Assembly: GCA_018303725.1 (NCBI GenBank)
Contig: JAGVXP010000001.1
Location: 1-51,590, forward strand
From: Candidatus Woesearchaeota archaeon
GTDB taxonomy: Archaea; Nanobdellota; Nanobdellia; Woesearchaeales; JAGVXP01
Length of the DNA stretch: 51,590 nucleotides
Direction: 5' to 3'
In this document: piece by piece, positions 44,638 to 51,590 of the stretch
Layout of the letters: each line of letters opens with the position of its first letter
Position numbering within the stretch: the first letter of the stretch is position 1
The notes under the pieces: generated by a model
Database searches by the model: none
Told to the model about the DNA's origin: nothing
The model's input: only the letters and a program-made list of their open reading frames with translations
Made by a program: the position numbers and the translations under genes

Positions 44638-46224
44638 GTGGTTTATTCTAAGGTAAAAGAGGATATTAAGAAAAAAGCAGGGGAAAAAACAAACATCCCA
44701 AAAGCTGCTTTAAAATCTTCAGAAAAAATTTCCGAAAAGATAGAAAAAGAAGCGGGACTAATTGATTCTTATGAATTTAGTTCCGGGACTATGCCTATTT
44801 CTATAAATATTGCCAGAAAAGAGGATGAGTTTGTACCAATTTATGAAGTATCAATTGCAAGCATCAGCAAGAATACTGAAGTAATTTTAGAAAAGATAAG
44901 GGAAGAGTTAATAGAGAAGGTAAACCTGGGGATGGTAGATATTTTAAGCACAAAAGAAACAGGGATTATAGAAAAAGAGTTCACAGAAACTATAAACACC
45001 CTAATAAGGAAATATTTTCCAGATGCAAATGATAAAACAACAGAATTTCTTACTTCTTATTTGATACAAAAAAGCCTTGGCATGGGCTCCATAGAGATAT
45101 TGCTGGACGATAAAAATTTAGAAGAAGTTGCGATAAATAACGCCCAAGAGCCTGTTTGGGTTTACCATATAAAACATGGATGGTTAAAAACAAATATAAA
45201 GGTATTAAGCGAGGACCAGATAAGGCATTATTCAAACATGATAGGAAGGAGGATAGGCAGGCAGATTACTATTCTAGAGCCCCTGATGGACGCCAATCTT
45301 GAAACGGGCGACAGGGTAAATGCCACTTTAGAGCCAATATCCTCCAAAGGCAATACAATCACATTAAGGAAGTTTGCAGCCAAGCCATGGACAATGACAG
45401 ATTTCATCAAAACAAATACAATCTCAGTCTCAGCAGCAGCGCTTATCTGGTTGGCAATAGAATACGAGCTTTCCATTTTATTTACTGGCGGGACTGGAAC
45501 CGGAAAAACAAGCCTGTTAAATGTCTGTTCTGTATTTTTCCCTCCCAACCAAAGGATTATAAGCATAGAGGATACTAGGGAACTACAACTGCCTACATTC
45601 CTGCATTGGGTGCCTATGGTAACAAGACTGCCAAACCCTGAGGGCAAAGGGGAGGTTTCAATGCTTGATTTATTGGTAAATTCATTAAGAATGAGGCCAG
45701 ACAGGGTAGTAGTAGGGGAGATAAGAAGAAAGAGGGAGGCAGATGTTCTTTTTGAGGCTATGCATACCGGCCATTCTGTATATGCCACATTACACGCAGA
45801 TGATACAAGAGAAACAATAACAAGGCTTACAAATCCGCCTATAGATGTACCAAAAACAATGCTGCCTGCTATTTCCTTGATAGTTGTCATGTACAGGAAT
45901 AGGAGAACAGGCATTAGGAGGATATTTCAAATATCCGAGATACTTCCAGACTCAGAAACAAATATATTGATCCAACTGGACATTAAATCGGGCAAATTAA
46001 AACATGTCAACAAATCAAAATCATTGATAGATACACTAAGGCTATTTACCGGCTTTTCTAAGGAGCAGCTTAACAGGAATTTAAAGGAAAAAGAAGAGGT
46101 ATTAATCTGGCTGGTTAAACAAAATATTAATACTGTAAATGAGGTTGGCAGGGTGATGGCTGAGTATTACACAGACAAAGAGTCTATAATGAAAAAAGTT
46201 AAAAAAAATAAGCAATTTAGGTGA
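44638..46224 (+). CDS. Type II/IV secretion-family ATPase (PilB/ArlI/VirB11-like)
   Basis: Walker A FTGGTGTGKTS, Walker B RPDRVVVGEIR and His box HTGHSVYATLHA. Start is set at the GTG preceded by AGAGGTG; the ORF-track TTG at 44608 is an alternative. Confidence 0.9.
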   Translation: MVYSKVKEDIKKKAGEKTNIPKAALKSSEKISEKIEKEAGLIDSYEFSSGTMPISINIARKEDEFVPIYEVSIASISKNTEVILEKIREELIEKVNLGMVDILSTKETGIIEKEFTETINTLIRKYFPDANDKTTEFLTSYLIQKSLGMGSIEILLDDKNLEEVAINNAQEPVWVYHIKHGWLKTNIKVLSEDQIRHYSNMIGRRIGRQITILEPLMDANLETGDRVNATLEPISSKGNTITLRKFAAKPWTMTDFIKTNTISVSAAALIWLAIEYELSILFTGGTGTGKTSLLNVCSVFFPPNQRIISIEDTRELQLPTFLHWVPMVTRLPNPEGKGEVSMLDLLVNSLRMRPDRVVVGEIRRKREADVLFEAMHTGHSVYATLHADDTRETITRLTNPPIDVPKTMLPAISLIVVMYRNRRTGIRRIFQISEILPDSETNILIQLDIKSGKLKHVNKSKSLIDTLRLFTGFSKEQLNRNLKEKEEVLIWLVKQNINTVNEVGRVMAEYYTDKESIMKKVKKNKQFR

Positions 46225-47042
46225 TTTTGATCACTGCTATTATCTTCGAAAGGATAGCAAGAACTATTCCTCTGCTAAAGATCAAACTAAAACAAGCTGA
46301 TATGAAGGACCAGCCAGAGGAATTCATAAAAAAAACAATTATTTCTTCGCTTTATATGGCTGCTGGCTTAACTGTCTTCCTTTTTTTGATTCTTGTTAAA
46401 TTCCATGCTGCGAAAATACTTTTTTTTGTTTTTCCAATATTGTTTTTTATCCTGTTTTTTTATCTTTTGAAACTGCCAGATGTTAAGATAAGAAGGAAAG
46501 AGAGGGAGATCAATAAAGAAGTGGTATTTGCTGGCAGATTCTTGATTATAGAGATTGAATCCGGTGTGCCTTTGTACAATGCATTAGCAAACTTATCAAG
46601 AAACTATGTTGTGATTGGGAAATATTTCAGAGAAATAACAGATAAGGTCAGAATGGGCACGACAATGGAAGATGCCCTGAATGAAACAGTAGAGGTTTGC
46701 CCTTCAAGAGATTTCAGAAGGGTATTATGGCAGATCATCAACTCATTAAGAACCGGCTCTGATATAGCCAGCTCATTGGAGGCTATATTGGAGCAAATAG
46801 CAAGAGAGCAAGCTATTGAGATTAAGAGGTATGGAAGAAAATTAAACCCATTGGCAATGTTCTATATGATAATAGCAGTCATACTCCCTTCCTTGGGCAT
46901 AACAATGCTAATAATTTTATCAACCTTTTTAAATCTTGAGCTGGATATTGTTTTTTTAGTTGCTATCGCATTCTTCCTGGGGTTCCTGCAATTCATGTTT
47001 TTAGCTGTGATAAGATTTTCAAGGCCGTCCATTGAACTATGA
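46221..47042 (+). CDS. T2SSF-domain membrane protein (TadB/TadC/ArlJ-like), first of two
   Basis: The TM-cytoplasmic helical domain-TM layout with ...GVPLYNALANLS...LWQIINSLRTGSDIASSLE... is typical of a T2SSF domain. It overlaps the ATPase stop. Confidence 0.8.
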   Translation: MILITAIIFERIARTIPLLKIKLKQADMKDQPEEFIKKTIISSLYMAAGLTVFLFLILVKFHAAKILFFVFPILFFILFFYLLKLPDVKIRRKEREINKEVVFAGRFLIIEIESGVPLYNALANLSRNYVVIGKYFREITDKVRMGTTMEDALNETVEVCPSRDFRRVLWQIINSLRTGSDIASSLEAILEQIAREQAIEIKRYGRKLNPLAMFYMIIAVILPSLGITMLIILSTFLNLELDIVFLVAIAFFLGFLQFMFLAVIRFSRPSIEL

Positions 47043-48157
47043 AAATAATGAGAATATTCAGGAGGAAGAAAAGAGAAGACGAATTGAAAGAACTGATTAA
47101 AGAGAAGCCTGCTAAAAAAAGTTTTAAGGATTTATTCAAGAAAAAAGGGGATATAAAGAAAAAGGAGCATATAATAAAGAGAAGAAAACATAAATTAGGG
47201 TTTTATTTAACCAAAGCTGGACTTGTAATTGAGCCAAGAAAGGCATCAAGGGTGTTGTTTAACAGCTGCGTTGTATTAAACTTTATTATATCAATATTTT
47301 TAATCTTTTATTTTTCAATTCGTTTAGGCTATAGTTTATTGTACTTAACAATAATAATGGCTATTTTGTGGTTTTTTGCTTTTATAATCCTCCTTTTTGC
47401 GATGTGGTCATTGTTTTACATATTTTTAGACTTAAAGATATTTAAAAGAAGAATTGATTTAGAGGGCGTACTGCCTGATTTTCTTCAGCTTACCTCAGCA
47501 AACATAAAAGCAGGCATGTCAACTGATAAGGCGCTGTGGTATGCTGTAAGGCCAAGATTTGGCGTTTTAGCCAAGGAGATTGAGGCTGTTGCAAAAGAGA
47601 CAATGGGCGGAAAAGACTTAAGAGAGGCTTTGTTGGATTTTACAAAAAAGTATGATTCTTTGGTTTTAAAAAGATCAATAAGCTTGATTATAGAAGGCAT
47701 TAATGCCGGAGGAGAGATAGGGGATTTGCTGAATAAGGTTGCCCTGAACATCCAGGAATCTGCTGTAATGAAAAAGGAGATGGCAGCAAATGTAACTACC
47801 TATGTTATATTCATAACATTTGCCACAGTAGTGGCTGCTCCATTTTTATTTGCGCTTTCCTCCCAGCTTATAGCAATTGTCCAATCGCTAACTTCCAGGA
47901 TAGCTGTACCAGCTACAACAGGAATGAGTTTTGCACTCTCTTTCACAGGAACGGGCATTAAAGCGACAGATTTTAAAATTTTTGCTGTTATATCCCTGAT
48001 CATAACATCTTTCTTTTCTTCGCTGATAGTAGCTACAATAAAAAAAGGGGACATAAAGGAGGGCATAAGGTATATACCTCTTTTTATGGCATCAACAGTT
48101 GTATTGTTCTTTTTGGCCAATATCCTATTAAACAGGCTATTGGGTATATTTTTCTAA
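47039..48157 (+). CDS. T2SSF-domain membrane protein (TadB/TadC/ArlJ-like), second of two
   Basis: ...SANIKAGMSTDKALWYAV...LIIEGINAGGEIGDLLNKVA... is flanked by TM helices. ATGA overlap with the upstream gene. Confidence 0.8.
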   Translation: MKIMRIFRRKKREDELKELIKEKPAKKSFKDLFKKKGDIKKKEHIIKRRKHKLGFYLTKAGLVIEPRKASRVLFNSCVVLNFIISIFLIFYFSIRLGYSLLYLTIIMAILWFFAFIILLFAMWSLFYIFLDLKIFKRRIDLEGVLPDFLQLTSANIKAGMSTDKALWYAVRPRFGVLAKEIEAVAKETMGGKDLREALLDFTKKYDSLVLKRSISLIIEGINAGGEIGDLLNKVALNIQESAVMKKEMAANVTTYVIFITFATVVAAPFLFALSSQLIAIVQSLTSRIAVPATTGMSFALSFTGTGIKATDFKIFAVISLIITSFFSSLIVATIKKGDIKEGIRYIPLFMASTVVLFFLANILLNRLLGIFF

Positions 48158-48233
48158 GATAGCAAATTTTATATACTAGTTATTAGATAGTTGAGGTTAG
48201 ATATAACCATTTTTAAAATAGAGGTGATTATAA

Positions 48234-48665
48234 ATGCATAAAAAGGCGCAAGCTGCAATGGAGTTCTTGATGACTTATGGATGGGCTATCCTTGTTGTGA
48301 TAGCTGCTGTGGCCGCTCTGGCTTATTTTGGGGTATTAAGCCCTGACAAATTTCTGCCAACTAAATGCACACTAGCGCCTGGCTTAGCATGCATAGGCCA
48401 TAAGGTTGAAGCTTCACAAGCTACTTTGGTGCTTTCAAACGGCATGGGCAAAGATCTAACCATAAACACAATTGACGTGGCAGGCTGCTCAGGCACTGTT
48501 AATCTAAACATTGAAAATGGCGCTCAAAATACATTTACAATAACTGGCTGCTCTAATGGTGCTTTAAAATCAAGGTTTTCAGGGGATATAGTGATAACTT
48601 ATTTAGAAAAAGATACACTATTAAATAAAACACATTATGGCTCTATAACAGCCAGGATTGAATAA
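48234..48665 (+). CDS. Type IV pilin (class III signal peptide), candidate major subunit A
   Basis: MHKKAQAAMEFLMTYGWAILVVIAAVAALAYFGV has a KKAQ junction and Glu at +5. RBS GAGGTGA is upstream. Four Cys in two pairs. Confidence 0.85.
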   Translation: MHKKAQAAMEFLMTYGWAILVVIAAVAALAYFGVLSPDKFLPTKCTLAPGLACIGHKVEASQATLVLSNGMGKDLTINTIDVAGCSGTVNLNIENGAQNTFTITGCSNGALKSRFSGDIVITYLEKDTLLNKTHYGSITARIE

Positions 48666-48743
48666 AAAAACACAAAATTTATAAATAAAGAATTTAATAG
48701 TTTAAATTAGTTGGTATTATAATATTAAAAATGAGGTGAAATT

Positions 48744-49193
48744 ATGAAAAAGGCACAAGCTGCAATGGAGTTCTTGATGACTTATGGCTGGGCTATTCTT
48801 GTTGTTTTGGTAGCAATAGGGGCATTGGCTTATTTTGGCGTCTTAAGCCCTGACAAATTTCTGCCAAGCAAATGCACATTGCCTAGCGGGATAGCATGCA
48901 TAGACCACAAAGCAAGCGCTACCGGAGTTACATTAGTAATACAGAATGGCATGGGTTATGACATGAGCAGTGTAAATATTGATGTAGCTGGCTGTGGTAC
49001 AGCCTCAACATGCATTGATACTGATGGGGATGGCGACTGCACAGTATTAGCTAATGGAGCTAAGGATACATATACAGCAGCATGTACTCTAACTGGCTCT
49101 AAATTCAGCGGAGATGTGACAGTAAATTATGTAATCACAGACACCGGCCTTAGCCACAATAAAACAGGCACTATGACCACAAAGATAGAATAG
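48744..49193 (+). CDS. Type IV pilin (class III signal peptide), candidate major subunit B
   Basis: MKKAQAAMEFLMTYGWAILVVLVAIGALAYFGV. RBS GAGGTGA is upstream. It is a tandem paralog of 48234..48665. Confidence 0.85.
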   Translation: MKKAQAAMEFLMTYGWAILVVLVAIGALAYFGVLSPDKFLPSKCTLPSGIACIDHKASATGVTLVIQNGMGYDMSSVNIDVAGCGTASTCIDTDGDGDCTVLANGAKDTYTAACTLTGSKFSGDVTVNYVITDTGLSHNKTGTMTTKIE

Positions 49194-49268
49194 ATTTAAT
49201 TTTTATTTTTTATTTTATATTATTCTTTGATTAATTAGCAAATTTTTTATACTAACTCTTTTATTTTA

Positions 49269-51269
49269 ATGGTTATGGCAAAAAAGAGGTGTTTGTTAGT
49301 CATATTTCTATTATTTTGCATAGCGCCAATTATAAATGCTACAGAGGAAGTGACCCTATTCAATGACTGGGTTTATGCCGGCCAAAATATAACAGTTGGT
49401 GATAAGGCATTCTCTTTTGGATTTGGAACTGACCCGCAGAAGATTGCTGTCAGCTTGCCTTCTGGAACAGGCGTTATTGCAGACAAAGGGAGCTGCCAGA
49501 TAAATGAAGATTATGATGTATGCTTCACAGACAGCAAAATAGGCTACCACAACTACACACTAGACAAGGATATTTACCAGGCATCTGTCAAAATAAGCCA
49601 GCTTATTGCCAAATTAGAGTTCACCAGGACAATAGGTAACACCAACTTCCTTATCCAGGAGGGCACTAAGATAACAACAACGTTTAAGAATGTAGGCAGC
49701 AAGGAAGCCAGTGATATAAGCTTCACAGATTCGTTTCCGGCTTCTCTGCCTATAACAGATATTTCAGGCTGTATATTAGAAGGGAACAGCGCTGTTTTTA
49801 GAGGAAGTTTAGGCATAAACAGAAAAAAAGAATGCATATATGAGATTAAGGCTGTAAATTGGACAACTTATGAGTCAAAGGCTGCCCTAAGCTATGACAA
49901 TGGCTTTGAATTGATGCAGCTTTCAGATTCTGAAAAAATAGCAGTACCGCCAAATCAGTTTGAAATAACAGATAATATGACCAAGGAGTTTATAGAGGCT
50001 GGCGAGGAAGCTGATATTAGTTTTATTTTAAAAAACCTAAATAGCGACTATAAGATTATTATTGGAACACTTTATCTTGAGATACCCCTCGGGATAAAGG
50101 TATTAAACTATCCAGGCATACTAAAAAAAGATTATGAAGCTTACAAATGGGATGGCGAGCTGGCCCCTTTGGAATCAAAAACGCTTAGTTTTAGATTAAA
50201 GGGGAAAACTGCTGGCAGCTATAAAATAAAGGAATATTCAGAGTTTATAATAAACAACAACAGAAATATAATTGATGATTACAAAATAATAAAGGTAGGC
50301 GCCCCTGATTTATTGGTAAATTATGAAATCAGCGAAACAACGCTATACAGCGGGGAAAAAACACTTGTAACAGCTTATTTGACAAATCCAAGCTCTACAA
50401 CAACGTTTGGTGATATAGCCTTCAAAATAGATTCTGATACGCCCAATTTCCAGCTAATGAAAACAAAGGATGAATTAAAACCAGGGGATACAAGGGCAAT
50501 AGTCAAAACATATTTTGTTGCACCTAATGTGACTGAGACTACCAATTATATAATCAAAATATCCGCAGAATACATCGGTGATGGGATAAAAAATACAGTG
50601 GAAAAAGATGAGACAATAATTGTACTGGCATTGGAAGAAACAACAGAAGATACAGCAGGAAATATTACGAATATAACTTCTGATGAAACATTAGAAAAAG
50701 AGGAAAATATAACAACAGGGGGCAGCGAGATTGTTGGCTTTATAAATGAAACAAAAGCAAATGCTTCTGCAGCTGAAGAAAACACAACAGCCATAACATT
50801 TGATTTAAAGGGGAATTTTAGCAGGAATATTATAGGCATATCATTAATATTCCTTGTTATTGCGGGCATGTTTATACTGTTTATCCATGAAAAGAAAACA
50901 GACTGGAAAGAGTTTAGAATGATTAAAAGGAGGATTAAAAAAGCTGAGGGGGGGGAAAAGAAAGAGAAAAAAGAACCTAAAGAAAAAGAGCTGCCTAAAA
51001 AGACAAGATTGTTTATTGACGAGCTATTCTTTGAGAAGCTGAAAAAAATAGCCAAAAAAGAGAAAGAGCTATTAAAAGAGAAAGAAATGGGCATGGCTGA
51101 AAGGTTTGAGAAAATAAAGGAAGGCATAAAGAAAGAAGGCAAGATAAGACTAGAAAAACCAAAAAAAGAAGAGATTAAAGAAAAGGAAGTTGAAAAAGAG
51201 CTGAAGGAATTAGAGGAAGAAGGCAAAAAAGAGGCTGAAAGACTGAAACATTCCAGGTTTAGATTCTAA
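49269..51269 (+). CDS. Large surface protein with beta-sandwich (DUF11/CARDB-like) repeats, C-terminal TM and Lys/Glu-rich cytoplasmic tail
   Basis: Signal peptide. Repeated units of the type TKITTTFKNVGSKEASDISFTDSFP / EEADISFILKNLNSDYKI / EKTLVTAYLTNPSSTTTFGDIAF. TM IIGISLIFLVIAGMFILFI, then about 120 aa of a KE-rich tail. Confidence 0.65.
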   Translation: MVMAKKRCLLVIFLLFCIAPIINATEEVTLFNDWVYAGQNITVGDKAFSFGFGTDPQKIAVSLPSGTGVIADKGSCQINEDYDVCFTDSKIGYHNYTLDKDIYQASVKISQLIAKLEFTRTIGNTNFLIQEGTKITTTFKNVGSKEASDISFTDSFPASLPITDISGCILEGNSAVFRGSLGINRKKECIYEIKAVNWTTYESKAALSYDNGFELMQLSDSEKIAVPPNQFEITDNMTKEFIEAGEEADISFILKNLNSDYKIIIGTLYLEIPLGIKVLNYPGILKKDYEAYKWDGELAPLESKTLSFRLKGKTAGSYKIKEYSEFIINNNRNIIDDYKIIKVGAPDLLVNYEISETTLYSGEKTLVTAYLTNPSSTTTFGDIAFKIDSDTPNFQLMKTKDELKPGDTRAIVKTYFVAPNVTETTNYIIKISAEYIGDGIKNTVEKDETIIVLALEETTEDTAGNITNITSDETLEKEENITTGGSEIVGFINETKANASAAEENTTAITFDLKGNFSRNIIGISLIFLVIAGMFILFIHEKKTDWKEFRMIKRRIKKAEGGEKKEKKEPKEKELPKKTRLFIDELFFEKLKKIAKKEKELLKEKEMGMAERFEKIKEGIKKEGKIRLEKPKKEEIKEKEVEKELKELEEEGKKEAERLKHSRFRF

Positions 51270-51309
51270 AAAAGCAAAATTATTAAAGATTAAGGCATTA
51301 GCTTTCTGT

Positions 51310-51590
51310 ATGGCAAGAAAACCCATTGTAGCCGGGCAGTTCTATGAAGGTGACTTTGGCGCTTTAGACAAGCAGATAAATGACTGCTTTGAGTCTAAAT
51401 TTGGCCCAGGCGCTTTGCCGTTGGGGAAGAGGGAGAAAAATGTTTTAGGCATTATTGCTCCGCATGCTGGTTATGTGTTTTCTGGGCCTTGCGCAGCATG
51501 GGCATACAAGGAAGTAGCTGAATCAAAATTTCCTGACTTGTTTATAATGCTTGGCTTAAGCCATTCCGGATTTGGCTCTTGCATTTCTTT
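51310..51590 (+). CDS. MEMO1-family protein (AmmeMemoRadiSam system protein B), 5' partial
   Basis: MARKPIVAGQFYEGDF...GIIAPHAGYVFSGPCAAWAYKE is the family N-terminal signature. The ORF runs off the window end. Confidence 0.85.
   Translation, partial: MARKPIVAGQFYEGDFGALDKQINDCFESKFGPGALPLGKREKNVLGIIAPHAGYVFSGPCAAWAYKEVAESKFPDLFIMLGLSHSGFGSCIS

Noticed and set aside
45228-45914. Long antisense ORFs inside well-supported genes. They are 45228..45914, 43974..44540, 50546..51226, 42455..43003, 27419..28006, 3272..3682, 23913..24299 and 36576..36953.
   Set aside because: Each lies fully within, and opposite to, a gene with clear family motifs. Their translations are low-complexity (Ser/Phe/Ile/Leu-rich mirror images of Lys/Glu-rich coding sequence), and none has an RBS or TATA context.
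37206-51269. Interpretation of the locus as an archaellum (arl/fla) operon.
   Set aside because: The subunits are short pilins or atypically long proteins rather than archaellin-like proteins of about 200 aa. No ArlF/ArlG/ArlC-D-E-like genes are recognisable, and the platform is split Tad-like. An adhesive or other type IV pilus is more consistent.
1-51590. Search for CRISPR arrays, rRNA/tRNA genes, transposases, integrases and IS-type terminal inverted repeats.
   Set aside because: By eye there are no regularly spaced direct repeats, no cloverleaf-compatible segments in any intergenic region, and no ORF with DDE, tyrosine- or serine-recombinase motifs.

Overview
AT-rich, tightly packed archaeal chromosome segment. 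Archaeal markers are aRF1, an HMf-type histone, aIF5A, ribosomal protein L40e, TATA-box/leaderless starts for first genes and GAGGTG-type RBS inside operons. Gene content, small proteins and zero-spacer gene junctions suggest a streamlined, possibly DPANN-like lineage; this is inference only. Left to right: (1) a translation/chromatin cluster and an S2P protease. (2) A glycine-cleavage operon gcvT-gcvH-gcvPA-gcvPB, in which gcvPB is broken by an internal deletion plus frameshift. (3) A SpoU/TrmJ-like methyltransferase followed by a LemA-GIDE membrane cassette and a diverged promoterless ghost copy of the methyltransferase 3' end. (4) A PadR-like regulator operon encoding surface or secreted proteins of unknown function. 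(5) Housekeeping genes: Trm11, Pcm, PfkB kinases, a NurA-like nuclease, NAD de novo genes nadA/nadC/nadX, Dus, type IA topoisomerase, a secreted S16 protease, a TMTC-like GT-C/TPR glycosyltransferase, a PLD-type lipoprotein, YggS, Lrp/AsnC and AhcY. (6) The most unusual part, 37.2-51.3 kb: a roughly 14-kb type IV pilus-like locus. It holds seven proteins with class III (prepilin-type) signal peptides, a PilB/ArlI-family ATPase and two separate TadB/C-like membrane genes. It also holds a wHTH-coiled-coil protein, a KaiC-like ATPase paired with a P-loop-less KaiC-like paralog, a small RHH protein and a large beta-sandwich-repeat membrane protein. No rRNA, tRNA, CRISPR array, transposase or integrase was recognised. 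Four short genes missing from the ORF track were found by eye: L40e, a zinc ribbon and two RHH-like paralogs.
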